From positions 1 through 64,000 of the forward strand of contig JBDOQK010000076.1 of NCBI GenBank assembly GCA_040437565.1: a stretch of 64,000 bases of DNA, read 5' to 3'. Within the stretch, counting starts at the first letter, position 1. Each line of letters opens with the position of its first letter. Both the position numbers and the translations under genes were made by a program. The stretch is from Albugo candida. Lineage: Eukaryota. Of the stretch, positions 51,390 through 64,000 are shown one piece after another. Below the pieces are notes generated by a model that had not been told where the DNA came from, ran no database searches, and saw only the letters and a list, made by a program, of their open reading frames with translations.

Positions 51390-54300
51390 TAGTTATACAG
51401 CTTAAACGCTCATCGCAGTACTACTCAAAATTAGCAAGACATTCTACAAAGGTATCATGGTTGGTCGTTTACCTCCGCCACGACCAAAAATCCGATGGTC
51501 AAGCATGCAAAGCGAACATCTGAAAATTGCACATTGTTGTACCCCCAATAAGATGCATTGCTCGTACAATTTCATAAAATCAACAGAAATTTTCTGCTCT
51601 GACCAACGAGACGATATTTACGTGTACGCACACTTCTCGAATATTTGACGCATACCCGCTTGTTGTCGTCACCATGAGAAATTCTCCTATACTTCCCAGT
51701 GCAAATAGAAGTATTGTACTTTGTGGAAGTTTGGGAATACAAGTGCTCTCGTCACTATCATTGCATTCAACAAACTCTTTCGTATTCCTTCAACGTACTT
51801 GAGAGGAATGCTTACATGATCCGCTGACTATTTGGATCAATGGAGTAGAATCGCATGATATCAACTAGAATTTCTTCTTTGTCCAACTTTCCGTGCATTC
51901 AATAGCACCCTGATATGGTTCTTGTTGCCACCGATGTTATGGTCAATGGGTTTGTTTTATTCATATCACATACTAGATCAATGCGTTTGGTCCTACTATC
52001 TTCCAGTATGAAGGATTTGACAGAAAGGCCACAATCGATGCTATATCTCATATCAGAATCACAATGCGTGAGAAAATCAACTCACTTTTCAAGCAAGTGT
52101 TATCTTCACTCGGGCAAAATTCACCAATTCAGATATGAACTTGTGGTTGATTTACTTCCAAGAATCGCAAATGTTTTACCGATATATCCCGTCAAGCAAG
52201 AGACAAACTTCGTTTGAATGTCGACGGTAGTAAATGATTTAATGAATTGGCAGTATTTTGTCGTTTGAGTGGCTCCAACGTCATTTTTACTTCCTCTACC
52301 TTTGTGTCAGCTCGAATGACCTCGCTATATGCTTGGAGTATCACATTTCTGGGTGCAATGTACAATGTTGGAATCCTTCAAGACGGCATGCACTCTATAG
52401 CGATCATTGCGCAATTCATACTCTCTCGCTCAACGATAAAAAATAGCACGGAGGTGCAACGGGTGCAGACATTGTACCCGTCCAGGCTCTGCTGTCATCA
52501 ACAACCTATAGATACCATACGATGCAAGCCTGTCTGAATTTGATGGCCTTGGTCTACATATCATCCAAGAATATGTCAAATCCATTAAAAGAACGGACAG
52601 AATCGTTGCTTTCTTTGCAATTTGCATTGCTACAGTATTGTATCCAACAGCTTGTCTGGCTTGAATGCATTCCGAAGCTTTCGTACTGAGTCGTAGAAAT
52701 TTTCATGCAGAGAAATGGGTTGCGAATGTCATCAGTTCTCTCCAAATGAGAACAGGACACAAATACCTCTGCTGTATGCATGATGCGAGCGTTTTCTCTG
52801 GAAAGAACGAATTCGGCTATGGTCATGCTATTCGAATGCGAAAGAAATTGTGTTTATCAGCATGGATTGCTATCTTGTCTATGAATGATGAGTTGTTCTG
52901 ACGTTGTGCGATGGAGAAGTACAAAGCGGAGATATCCAAATACTATCTTTCAGTGGGAAGCTTTCCAGCAGCGTTCCTCAGCGCTGACTGTATACCTGTT
53001 AGTGCTTGCGCAAAAGGTTACAATTTAATCAGTTAAACAAACGTTTACAGCCGTTGATGCTACTAGCACAGCAAACTATTCTGATTTGAAGGCGTCTTTG
53101 ATTGAAATGAATGTCAGCAAGAATCATATCCAACAACGCGACAAGATGACGCAAAAATGAAGCGTTTCTACCAATAAACAAGCCTAATTCCCCGGTAGCA
53201 ATGCCCCTGTCGATATTAGCACTACTTATCTCACTATCACATACGAGTACGACAATACAAAGCAATATATTCAGCATTTCTACTGATGATAGTGTCGGAC
53301 ACAAAAAATTTACGTGGTAAGCAGTGCCACATATGTGGCTTGATTCTGTGGTTTTCCTCCGCTTTCGATTAATCCAATTAAACCAAACGTACTTTTTCAG
53401 GGATCTTTATGTCTCCCTTAATAGCCATCTAGCTGTCTTAGACCCAAACGACCCGCTATGTTCAACGCGCGAACGTCAGTATTTTGCGATACCAAATCTG
53501 TGCAAACTTTTGTCATTTATAAAAGAGCATACAAACAGCCTCATGCTCACTTTTATATTCCGACAAATAGGGGTTTTCATTACGTACTGTGGATCTCGAG
53601 TTATATCAAGACGATCACCTAATGCTACCTGAGCTCTATCAATGTCAACTATCACAACTCGCAGTTCTATCCAAAAAGGGTTCAGTCAAGGGGGTATAGA
53701 GGTTGCTCTAGTGGTCGACGAAGACTTAAATTGATAGCTTGACACAAGTTCATCGTGCACTTTCGGTAATCAATCTACATCAGCAACAATACACATAGAT
53801 AGGTTACTTAAATGCACGTCACCACCATCCTCTCGAGAGTTTATACTTTCTTTGGATGAACTGACACCCCATAACCTCTCCTTCTCTTCGCGTATGTACC
53901 AGCACCTTTACTGACAGGGTCGTATTCTTCATCCAAGTTGAATCTCTGATGTGTATCATACGAAGCGGCTTTGCCTCACTTGTGGAACACGATTCGCATT
54001 TATTGATTGGTAGCGTATATAAAGGCTGTGGTTTTCAAAGATCCCCTGCTTTCTGTCCGTCTCGCTCCTTACCGCACATCGAGAACGGAAGATGTCATTG
54101 TTTCCTCCATGCTTGCACGAGAAATCATACTTATAGCCTCCGACCATTTTGCCAATGCCCGTGCCTATATCAATGAAGGCAAGTCGTGGATATGCAATAC
54201 CTACACTATATACGGAAAGGTTTCCCTTGAATAGATATCATCAGGGCTTGTGTGTGTGTTTTGAGATTACACTACAAATGTAACCATACTGGAGTCCACA

Positions 54301-55756
54301 CTTATCACCAGTGAAGCCCCTGCGCCAGCATCCGCTGATACAAGTCAACATATCTCCAGGACTAGCGTATAAGTGTATGATTGGATTGGGGTCCGAATGG
54401 ATTGATGCAAGCTGCGCACGCATGTACAACAACATCATTAATGTAACACGACCGCGGTAATGAGTCGTTTTAATAGAACTATCATTTTCTGAGTGCTGTC
54501 GAAACACCAAATTGATCATAATGGGTGGACCATTTGAGTCCTATGCCATTTGCCGATGGATGTTTCATTCTCTAACAAAGCAGGTGACATCGCCTGCTAT
54601 CTGGATCGGTACACGACACAGTCATTCCACATCATTGTCGCATCCACCAAGCCTTGTTTCAATTTATATCGAAGCAGTGAATAATCATGACTCCGATCAA
54701 CTTGTAAGATGGCTCAGTCTTCCAACATATACACTTTACTAAGACCGCACACTCTGAAGAAGTCAATCTTGCATGAATTTCATATAATTTTACTTTCTGT
54801 GCGTGTTACTTCAAGAGGACATCACAAGCGCAATCCTATCGAATCTGCATCAGGAGCAAAAGACTACATCGATGCCAATAGGAAGGAGAGATTCTCCCCT
54901 TCTGAGTGTTTTCGCTGATATGAAATCACAGTCACTAAGCTTTCAAGCTCAACAACTACCCATTATTCAATTCCCGTAGCGATGCAAAAACACTTTCTTC
55001 AGATACATGCAAGAGCGATTGCAAACAATGGCCAATGTGATTTCGGAATAAATAGCACTTTAGAAATGCGTATCTATTCTGCTCCAGATTTTTATTCTGT
55101 TTCATCCCCGCAGTTAAATTTCGCTCTACATGGGGCATTTTTAGGATCAAATTCGCAAATCAAATGTCACCTTATCGCGGGAAAACTCGAACTGGTCCAA
55201 GATACGTAATGGAACTGAAAATACATTGCAATTGTCCTCCGTCAATTCATCAAAGTGATCGTGATCAAGCAAGCTCTTATATATTACTTATGGTGACGTA
55301 CGAGCGGGAGGGATTGTCACTCATTAAGAAATGCCGGTACATTATCACTAGGCTCCACTAATCTTCCGTTCGTCAAGGAAAGTTGGCTTGACAAATAGAG
55401 ATGTGAAAATTATGATCATTACAGGGAAGAACTTCCTAACGAGCACTACAGCCCTTTGAGTATATGGTTCCACACCAAAGAAGGAAAATATTACCAGCAA
55501 ATCTTTATCGGCGGTCATTTGAAAAACAAATCGGCTTTCTGCAAACGTATACGGCTTCCTTCTACGGACTAGCCATGGTATGTCTATGCTTATGCCGTGA
55601 TTACTTAGCAGAGGGACAACTATTTGAATATATTATGATATCCTGCATTTTATTAATCTATCTGGTTCAGCAATTCGCACACAGCTTGGAAGGCGTGATG
55701 GTATAATCACCAAGGCGATTATCCATTACCTGATACACTTGAACTGAACTGTTACA
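51390..55756 (+). pseudogene. Large Cys-rich putative secreted protein family, copy C (uninterrupted at the site where copy A is split)
   Basis: Colinear with ~100-2754 and then directly with 12717-14392. Many stops and frameshifts. It may start nearer 51100. Confidence 0.75.
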
Positions 55757-57699
55757 CGTGCGAGGTTCTGCATCCGGTCCGTTCGCGATAGGACAAGAGG
55801 GATCGATACTCCTCGTCCAGATGGCCGTGCAGTATTGCATACGACTCCATCCACTCAAATGCTTCCGTTTTCCCTTACAAATGAATGTATAGGAACATTA
55901 CGAACGAGTGGAACGGAAACAAACTTCAAGCTTCGTGTGAAAATAGCCGGAAAACCTCAGGATTGCCGCTCCAAGTTGAGGCAGACGCTTTTGGAGCTAG
56001 TAGACGAAATCATTGACCATATGCTCCAGCCGACCGAAAATGGTCTTCAAGAACCTTGTAGACTCGATATATCGTAGTTATATTGCCAGAATGGTTGTGT
56101 ACACCTTACATTTCGCCAACACTGAGTACTGCCACATCATATAATCGATCGCGGAAAGAAAATGAGACCGCATATAAATTCGAGCCAATTCGCGTTTTTG
56201 CAAAATCCATCGCCAAAACACCGTGCGGGCGTGTAATTATCGACAAAGAAGAAGAAGTCACATCCAACAAAACGCTTTTTGTACCGATTCCGCGAGTACG
56301 TTTAGAAGATTTCAAGTCGTGGTTCAAAGAAAAAATCATTTTCATATCGCTGTTCCGATCACGCGGAAGTACCGGCGTTTACATCTAGAAGGTAGTCCTC
56401 AGGAAGCGCCAGACACCACCAACTTTACCTCTGAGCTTTCTGATCGCAAAAGCGACAAAATACGTCCGTAAAACGCTTCCAAAGGCTTCTCTCGTATGTT
56501 AATGAATACATCGAGACGATGAGCGTTAGAAAGCGTTGCATGACTGCCTACAAGGGCTCTGCGTCATACACGAAACGAAATCGAAAGGTGATATCTCTTC
56601 TCCCATCTCAAAAAGCGATTACACACATTTTTGATCGGTTTGTATTCTCCGTGTCATTTGGTATCGCCGTACAATACGAAACATTCGAAAACCGGTAGGC
56701 GGCTATACGTCAGTACCTCGACGCTCTGCAATCGATCGATTGAACTGAGAAAATGGAAAAAAATGGTCGTGACTTTAGACCGTATCGCACAGTACTATGA
56801 GGAATTATAAGTCGTGCGTTCTGACCGCCTCTTTCTGAACACAATGTATGTGTAGAAACGAATTTATGTCGACAGAAAAGTATGAACGTGAAGCTTTCCA
56901 GCTGTATCAGTCTCTGTCGAAAATGACCTCCGACTTAGATCAACAGAACTCCAAGTTTGTGTACAACTATGGCCATTTTTATGGAAACGTGGGCGATCAG
57001 AGAAAGTGGAAGAGGTTCTTTAACCGGCAAAATCCCTCACAACGAAAGCCCGACTTGCAGAGAGTATCTCGGAAAGATTTAAAACATTTTGGAAATGGTC
57101 AGCGAGGAACAGAGTCGAAATTGGGAGAGTGAAAGACATACTAACACAATACTTTGTATTGTAATGCTCGTCGCAATTCTCCAAACTCAATAAAAAGGCT
57201 TTGTGTTTCCTCCGCACGAGACTTCCATTGGGTGGAGGAATCGCGAGGCTGATTGTGCTCAGGTATGGCTGCAAAGAAGTGACGATCGAACAAGTATTGG
57301 TACGATCGAATCAAGTACAGAGAAATGAACTTCGGGGTTGTGATTTCATCGATCTGCGATTCCATTCGAAGATTGCCAAGAAATAACGATACGACACTCT
57401 GTCCGATTACGAAAATCTCCACAAAAGCTGATGCCACATGCACCAAAATGTTCTTGCGGACGGTGAAGCAGCTCGGAGGAATTTGTCAACGTACCCGCTT
57501 GAAAGAGCGTCAGCGAAGCGAGGTCTCCGGTCATACTTCTGACGATACAGCGGAAGTATTTGATGGATTCTTTGAGCTAATGGGATTCTCTAGAGACATC
57601 CGTTGGAATCGAAAAAAAGCTGTTTTCCATGCATTTCACGTCAAGAGTGTGGCGATTGCATTCTTTTGCGAGCTCATTGTCGACGTGAACCTGATACTC

Positions 57700-60600
57700 T
57701 TTGAAGAAACCGCTGGAGGCATTTGAGTGGATTTGTAGCCGTGCGTCACGGATGTCGGTTCAAGTTGGTGAGTCATTTGGTATCGCAGCGAACGCTCTTT
57801 CTCGGTGGAAACTTTTTAAAGCGCTTGTTATTTCTGCTTCAAACGATTTTCTAGCAATGTGACTCGAAGCTGTTGGCGTTCACACAGCTTTTCACGCATC
57901 GTTTTCCATCCTGTTTGCACCAATGCATTTCATCGGACACTTTGTGATTCCATCTCATCTCTATAAGCGAATTCCAAAGCTTGGACATCTTCTACAACTT
58001 CCTCACGAAAAGTCTCCCTTTCCACAGCAAAGCTCTCCCCCCCTCGCAAGCCTCAGCTACCATTCAACTTGTCTTCTGTTTTTAGACTTCGTCAAAAATT
58101 GGCTTGGCTTTCGTGTCGATCACTCATTTGCGTGATCTCAATCGCTGTTACATTTTTTCATCCACTTTAGCCTCCTTTTCACGAAAAACGTATCGATGTC
58201 GCAAAGTATCGCATCCATTTCGTTCGCTCTTTGACTCAAAAACCGTGTTCTCTTTTTGGCTCTTTTCTCCGTCAAATGCTCCAAAATGCTTCGATGGGCG
58301 TCCTTCTTCTCATCTCTGTGCTTTGCGTACACCGCAGCAGCTTCCGACTGATGAAAAGGATCGAGAATCAGTTCATCTCTTAGCTCTATTAACAGCTTCT
58401 CTGGTACAATACTCTCATCGAGCAAGCGCTCTTGTGTGCAGATGTACGACTCCAGCGCGACCGAAAGACTCCGTTCGTATCTCTTCATCGACTGTATCAT
58501 AGTGAATACGCTTCCATTCAATCGCATCAATTGCTTCTTTGGCCGCTTGGAGGCTCAATAGCTGGTCGTTGGCTTCCATTGTGTGCGTAAACACTTTGTT
58601 CGCATCCTCAGCGATCGGTAAACGGCTTCGTGCTTTCAATTTCTTTTCTGCTTACTGTCGAGAGCCTTCAGTTTCCTCAGCTTCCTGACGCTGATTGGAG
58701 CCTCCAGACGCTTCCGTTGTGTCATCATAACGGCGTAATGAATCTATTTGAGCTCATATTATTTCTCCGCGTACTCTTTTGCAATTCGTTCGACTTTCAT
58801 TGCGCGTACCGATTCGACTTTTACTTCGTCGACTATTTGAGCTGTTTTATGGGCTTCAAACGCTGCTGTCGATGCTGCGTCTTTGGCGGTATCGATTCGT
58901 ATCGCCACACTCGCACCCTTCGACGAAAAAGTCTCTTTGTTCTGCGAAATGAGACCATTTCGATGACACGTGCCACTTGAGACAGTCTGAGTTGCCATCT
59001 TTGTGCCACGCTCTCCTACCGTTTCTTCTCGTGTCGATTCTACCTCGCTTCTACTCAGAGCCCAACAGAGGCTCAAGTTGTTTATTTTCTTCCACATGTT
59101 TCGGCTGAAAGTCTCTGTAATTTCTTAGCGGCCAATCGTTCAAGCTTTATATCTTTTTGTAGTTTCCGCTGGTCCATCGCTTGAGCGTTCACTGTTAGCG
59201 CTTGTAGCTCTCGTCGGTGTTTTTCACGCATCAACGACCACGCTGCTGCTTCCTTTGCTTCGATACTGGCTCCAAGTAACTGTTCCTTGTCTTCAAACTC
59301 CTTCGCCAGGGATTCCTTTTCGTCCTCAATGCCAATGGGAAGCATAGACACCGTCTTCTGCTCTCTTCGTACTCGAATTCGCGAATTCGATCCTTTAACG
59401 GATGCTCTCGTCGTTGTCGTCAGCATGTAGCTCGTTTCTCAGCCTCTCTGCCTCCTGCTCGTGTGCGTCCTTACAGCGACGTAAGAGTTATTCCATTTCT
59501 TCAGATGATGTCTTCTCTTTTAAAATCGATTTTAAACCCTTTGACGCGAACGACATCTCTGCGGCATTGTCTGTTCTCTTCCAATTCACGGCAAATTTCG
59601 TATCGCTCGCTCGCTTCATCGCCTCCGCTTTGGCTCGTTTCAGCTGACACGATCGGGTTCGATCGATGAGAATCTGTTTCGCGGCTATTTTCGAATTGTA
59701 TTCCTCCGTTTCATCTCTTCTGCTGACGCCATTTGCTCGTTTCTCTTCACAACGATTTTACTGGATTTGAGCTGATACCTCTTTCGTTTTTCGGCAATTT
59801 GCTGTTTCAATCGATATTCAAAGTTCCTCTGATCGATTTGCAATGCCTCATCGAGTTACGAACGCTCACATTCATTTTCTGAGCGTATTTGATCCAATTC
59901 CTCTTAAGCCTGTATCTCTTGTACCTCTGCTTGTTCCTTCTTCTCTTTTGCGGTCGATTCGTCTTTTGGATAACGCCGTTGAAGATACATTTTACGAGCT
60001 GCTTCAAATTGCGCCCACGCCTTTGCTTTGTGTAATTCTTTCTCCCGCAGTTGATCGGATTCGATCGTGTCACATAAGTGCATTTCCCGTAATTCCAAAG
60101 CCAATTTTTCTTTTCTAAAGTCGAACTTTGCGATACAAATTCAAATCTCTCCATCGACGTCACTGATCGTTTGCTGTACTAATTCAGTCAGCAATTCTAC
60201 GGCATTCGAGAAGAATGCATCATAATCCGTTGTAAGGGATGCATTCTCTTTCTCCGCCATCCGATCAATTGGGTCGATTTGTGTCTTGGTCTCATTTGTA
60301 CTTACACGCTTTTCTATGCGTTTACTGAGCCTTTATTTTCGGAGAATTGCATCCGCGTCAATCTCTACCTGTTGTTCTCTCTGTACTTCATTTTTTGCGT
60401 ATCTCTTCTTTCACAAGAGCGGTCGGATCTCGTGCTTCCAATGCTTCCACACTGACAGTACCGCCGATGAGCTCTACAGCAATCTATCGACTTTCAGCTT
60501 TGACAGTGTCCTCGAGTATTTACTCCATCCATTTCCACGTCGAAGTGTCAGCATTTTCTACTGAAAAAAGTTCTATTTCTCCATTCATTCGCATACTTTC

Positions 60601-61160
60601 CAACTTGACTTTGTTTTTGCATATGACGTTTTGAGATAGTTGACGCTCTGCCAGTGATTGAGATTTCATTTCACGCGTTCGTTCTGCCAATTCGGACGCA
60701 TACTCCTCGCGAAACATTTCCAAATCATAGACAATAGCATCATTTTGAACGTTTTCGGTCGACTGAATGCGCTAAATCATTTCTTCAAAGTCCCTTTTGC
60801 AATCGAAAGCCAAATTATTCCATTCGTTCAGCGCTTCTATCACAGCGGTAGCGGCCATCTCTTTGCACAGAGTCTTTTCTCCATATCGATTACGGGCTCT
60901 CCAAATTCGATGCTTTACGCATACCTCTTCCTCCGAAATCACAACACGCTTTCCTCTTCAAATTCGGGTTTCCCGCGTTTTTGCTCTAACGCCTCGCCTT
61001 CCAATTCTCTCTCTAATTCGTCCAATTCTTTCCGATTCTCTTCTTCGATCGCTTTTCTTCGTCTTTGTACATTTGATCCAAAACGTTATCGTCCATTTTC
61101 GGCGTTGCAGACGTCAGTTCCACATATGCGATTGCTTCCGCGCCGCGCATGTTAGTGAGC
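57700..61160 (-). pseudogene. Long E/K/R-rich coiled-coil protein gene, frameshifted
   Basis: Consecutive minus-strand ORFs 58138-60723 with a charged heptad composition, separated by frameshifts. The + strand is strongly pyrimidine-rich. No family was recognised. Confidence 0.6.
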
Positions 61161-61448
61161 CAAACATGGTCCCAAGAAAAGAATCGGCTTCTGGGGCGTA
61201 CCCAGCTCCTCGAGACTTGAACACGAGCGAGGAAACATATTTTTGATCTCTTTGACCCCTTTTTCGATCCTCATTCCATGTGAGACGGCTTCACAAGTTA
61301 TAGACTACTTGCCGCGTAGCTGATGGACGTCGTAAAAGCTTTTTATCCGCTGTTGGAAATGGTAGCGAGATAGTGCCACAGAAAATAAGCGCAAGAAACG
61401 ATCAAATGGAAACGTTAGCGCGACTTGAGAGTGCATGTATTGAAGACG

Positions 61449-61484
61449 CTGATTGGTAGAATATAGCGATATATAACCAATAGG
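61449..61484. promoter_or_regulatory. Pair of oppositely oriented CCAAT boxes in a divergent intergenic region
   Basis: ctgattggt (61449-61457) and aaccaatag (61475-61483) lie between a minus-strand gene and a plus-strand gene. Confidence 0.4.
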
Positions 61485-62099
61485 ATACCGGCTTGTGATT
61501 TTAATGCGTTCATTAAACCAACCATATGGTATACGCTTGCTATACTGATTAACACATCACAACCTAGGAAGATATACAGTGTATACAATATGATCTCCTT
61601 AAGTCATTTTATCCGTCGATACAAAAGTTTCTGTGGATATCGTGGAACTATTGAGTCTCTGTTGCGATCTCTTTCGGCAATCGGTGTATTAGAAGATGAC
61701 TCCTGTCGTATTTCAGCAGCTCCACAACGCCTGTCAGATTCAGCCAATGTCTAAGACGCATCAATTTGAAGGCAACGATGGAAGAAACTGGAATAAGCTC
61801 GGGATTTTTACATCAACGCCTGTGCAACAATGATACAGCGGAGTCTACTCCATGGAGTTTTTCGTAAAAAAGCGTTATAAATTTGAGTAAACATGCAACG
61901 ACTTCGCACAGCTATGCAAAATCGTGACGGAAATGAGCTATTCATAAGTATCCAGAAGTGTCACCAATTGATTGCGCCGAGTTTGAGCACTCCTTCGGCG
62001 CGTAGTAAACGCGTTCACCAGCAACAAGAGCATGCCCCCGAAATGCTCAAAGTTCCCTCAACTACATAGATCAATAAGAATTACCCCAGTATATTCGAG

Positions 62100-63256
62100 T
62101 TTTGAAGGAGGCAAGTGCACTAGTTACTGTTGTAGAGGAAGAAGAATACGTGCAATCACTTGTGAATGACTTGACTCAAAAATCTGAATTGCACGATTCA
62201 GGTGAAACTACCACATCCAAATGGTCCCACATCAACCCTGTTTTGGTGGATTATGTCATACCAATTGCAGAAATGTATCATTTTCTATGGATACGGGACA
62301 TTTGAGAAAGCTAAGGCGTCGTGGTGCAAATCTTCTCGATGAAAAACACGCTCAACAAGAGCGTTCTCACAAGAATCTTCAGGCTCAACATGAAATCCGG
62401 AAGCAATTGAGGGATAAAATATTGAGTAAAGACGTATAGTCATTGATGGGAACGATGGCATTGCTGGATGAATCCACAAAGGATATCAAAGAGCAGAAGC
62501 TTGCGACAGTACTTGCCGTCCGCGCATTAGAAGAAAAAGGTGCTGTGGAAGCTTCGATGAAGACGCTTGAGGCTGTAAATAAAGCGATTTCAGTCGTATC
62601 CAAGCACTCCGCTGATGGAGCTATTCAGACCCTGCATTCATCACTGAAAAATATGCTACAAAAAGGACTAGAATCTCAATGTCCTGAGGTCGAAACTTTC
62701 CTGCGTTCAACTATCGACGCCGCTAAAGATACATCAACGCAACCAAGTCCACAGCCAATGGCTACTTGTATCAATGACAAGAGCACTGACGCAATAATCC
62801 TGTCTACGAAGAAGCTTTCCCTTCTCAGATCAGCACTGGAGCGCTATATGGAAGGAGGAAACTGGATCGCTACAAAAACTTTTTTTGGACCGCCTCGCAT
62901 CATTGGGAGATCAAGTAATCGCTTAACTTGGTATTGAACTTGTGCAGAACGCTCGAGATAATCTTTCCCATGGACTGAGTGCACTCAGCTTCTATGTTGA
63001 ACGAAATCAATCGATCAAATTTCTCGCTATAGCAAGAACTTGTGCTGATCTCACGCTATTGAACTCTGCGATCTCTACAGCTATCAAAGGTGGAATTGCC
63101 ACATGGGATTTCAATCTGAAAAATGCCTTAAAGCAGAGGGATGAGTTACAAAACGTCGAAGACTCTGAAGCCACCGACAATATGATGGTTGATGTAGCAC
63201 CTTCTTTGGTGGATCAAGAGCAAGCATCAAACCCTTTGCAGATGTTGCTACAATAA
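62100..63256 (+). pseudogene. Disrupted helical protein of unknown family (may start near 61700)
   Basis: ORFs 62102-62305, 62221-62439, 62443-62937 and 62942-63256 are linked by frameshifts and an in-frame TAG at 62437-62439. Confidence 0.5.
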
Positions 63257-64000
63257 TGGACCGCTTGTAACGACGACGATACGACTTACTTACTCGACTT
63301 GGCTCAAGGTGATCCGATAGAAGAGCTGATTGCAGCGAAAGTAGAACATCAAAATGAAGTCAACAAAGTGACTCATGACCTCGAACATGCGTTGAATGCA
63401 ATTGAAAACAATGAAATTGATCTCACAGTGATCGATAAATGAATACAGCGAGCATTGACATGTGGATGCGATGTCGATGCATATGGACATCTCATTGTAT
63501 TTTTTCATGACTCACAGCTTCTGACAATGTCCGAGAGTCCGGAGCGAAGCGATCGGACGTAAGAGACTTTCAATTTAGATGAATGGATTCAAGACCCCGA
63601 TGATGCGTTCGCTCGCAAAAACTAACATAGTGTGACCTTATTAGTCAGTCTTCGATGGGTATCACTTCCCGGGTATCATCAGTTCAGCACTGGAAGACGT
63701 GTAACCCAAATGCTGGTTTGATCAAATTGACTTAGTGGAGATCTATACTTACCTCTGACCAAGTAGGCAACCACTTCTAGCTTTTCAACAAATGTGCAGC
63801 GACACAAGTCCAATACGATCTCTGTCATGAAGCCGAATTCTGGTCGCATAATCTTTGGCAAATCTCAACCTAATGCATATTTTTCTATTGGCATAACTAA
63901 GCCAATGTGCCGAGTGCCATGATATAGATCGAAGAGATTATGAAAAGGTCCACGTCTATAAATTGATTGTTGTTGTGGAAAGTCGTCTTGCATTTTATTT

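Noticed and set aside
1-64000. Alternative genetic code (TAG as a sense codon)
   Set aside because: TAG is frequent, but TAA and TGA stops, frameshifts and substitutions in catalytic motifs (DEAD to GQTD) also occur. This fits neutral decay.

Overview
Eukaryotic DNA with very short GT-AG introns (about 40-120 nt). The HSP60 and S33-peptidase remnants look stramenopile, and I infer an oomycete, possibly Albugo-like. There are no prokaryotic operons, RNA genes or CRISPR arrays. The window is a pseudogene graveyard: every recognisable conserved gene is broken by stops, frameshifts and small deletions (GST-omega/YqjG-like, MSH4, DDX55/SPB4, type-I DnaJ, focadhesin/RST1-like, S33 peptidase, HSP60). 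Between them lie three decayed copies of one large, Cys-rich, apparently secreted protein gene: A at 1-2754 plus 12717-~16200, B at 24950-~27240 and C at ~51390-55756. Copy A is split cleanly by a ~10 kb block of intron-containing host genes, with partly Helitron-like ends. Also present are a decayed L1/Tx1-like LINE, a 190-bp tandem array with identical hairpin-forming central units, and one almost intact orphan ORF (21436-22209) with an A-rich tail. All assignments come from motif recognition by eye, and pseudogene boundaries are approximate.
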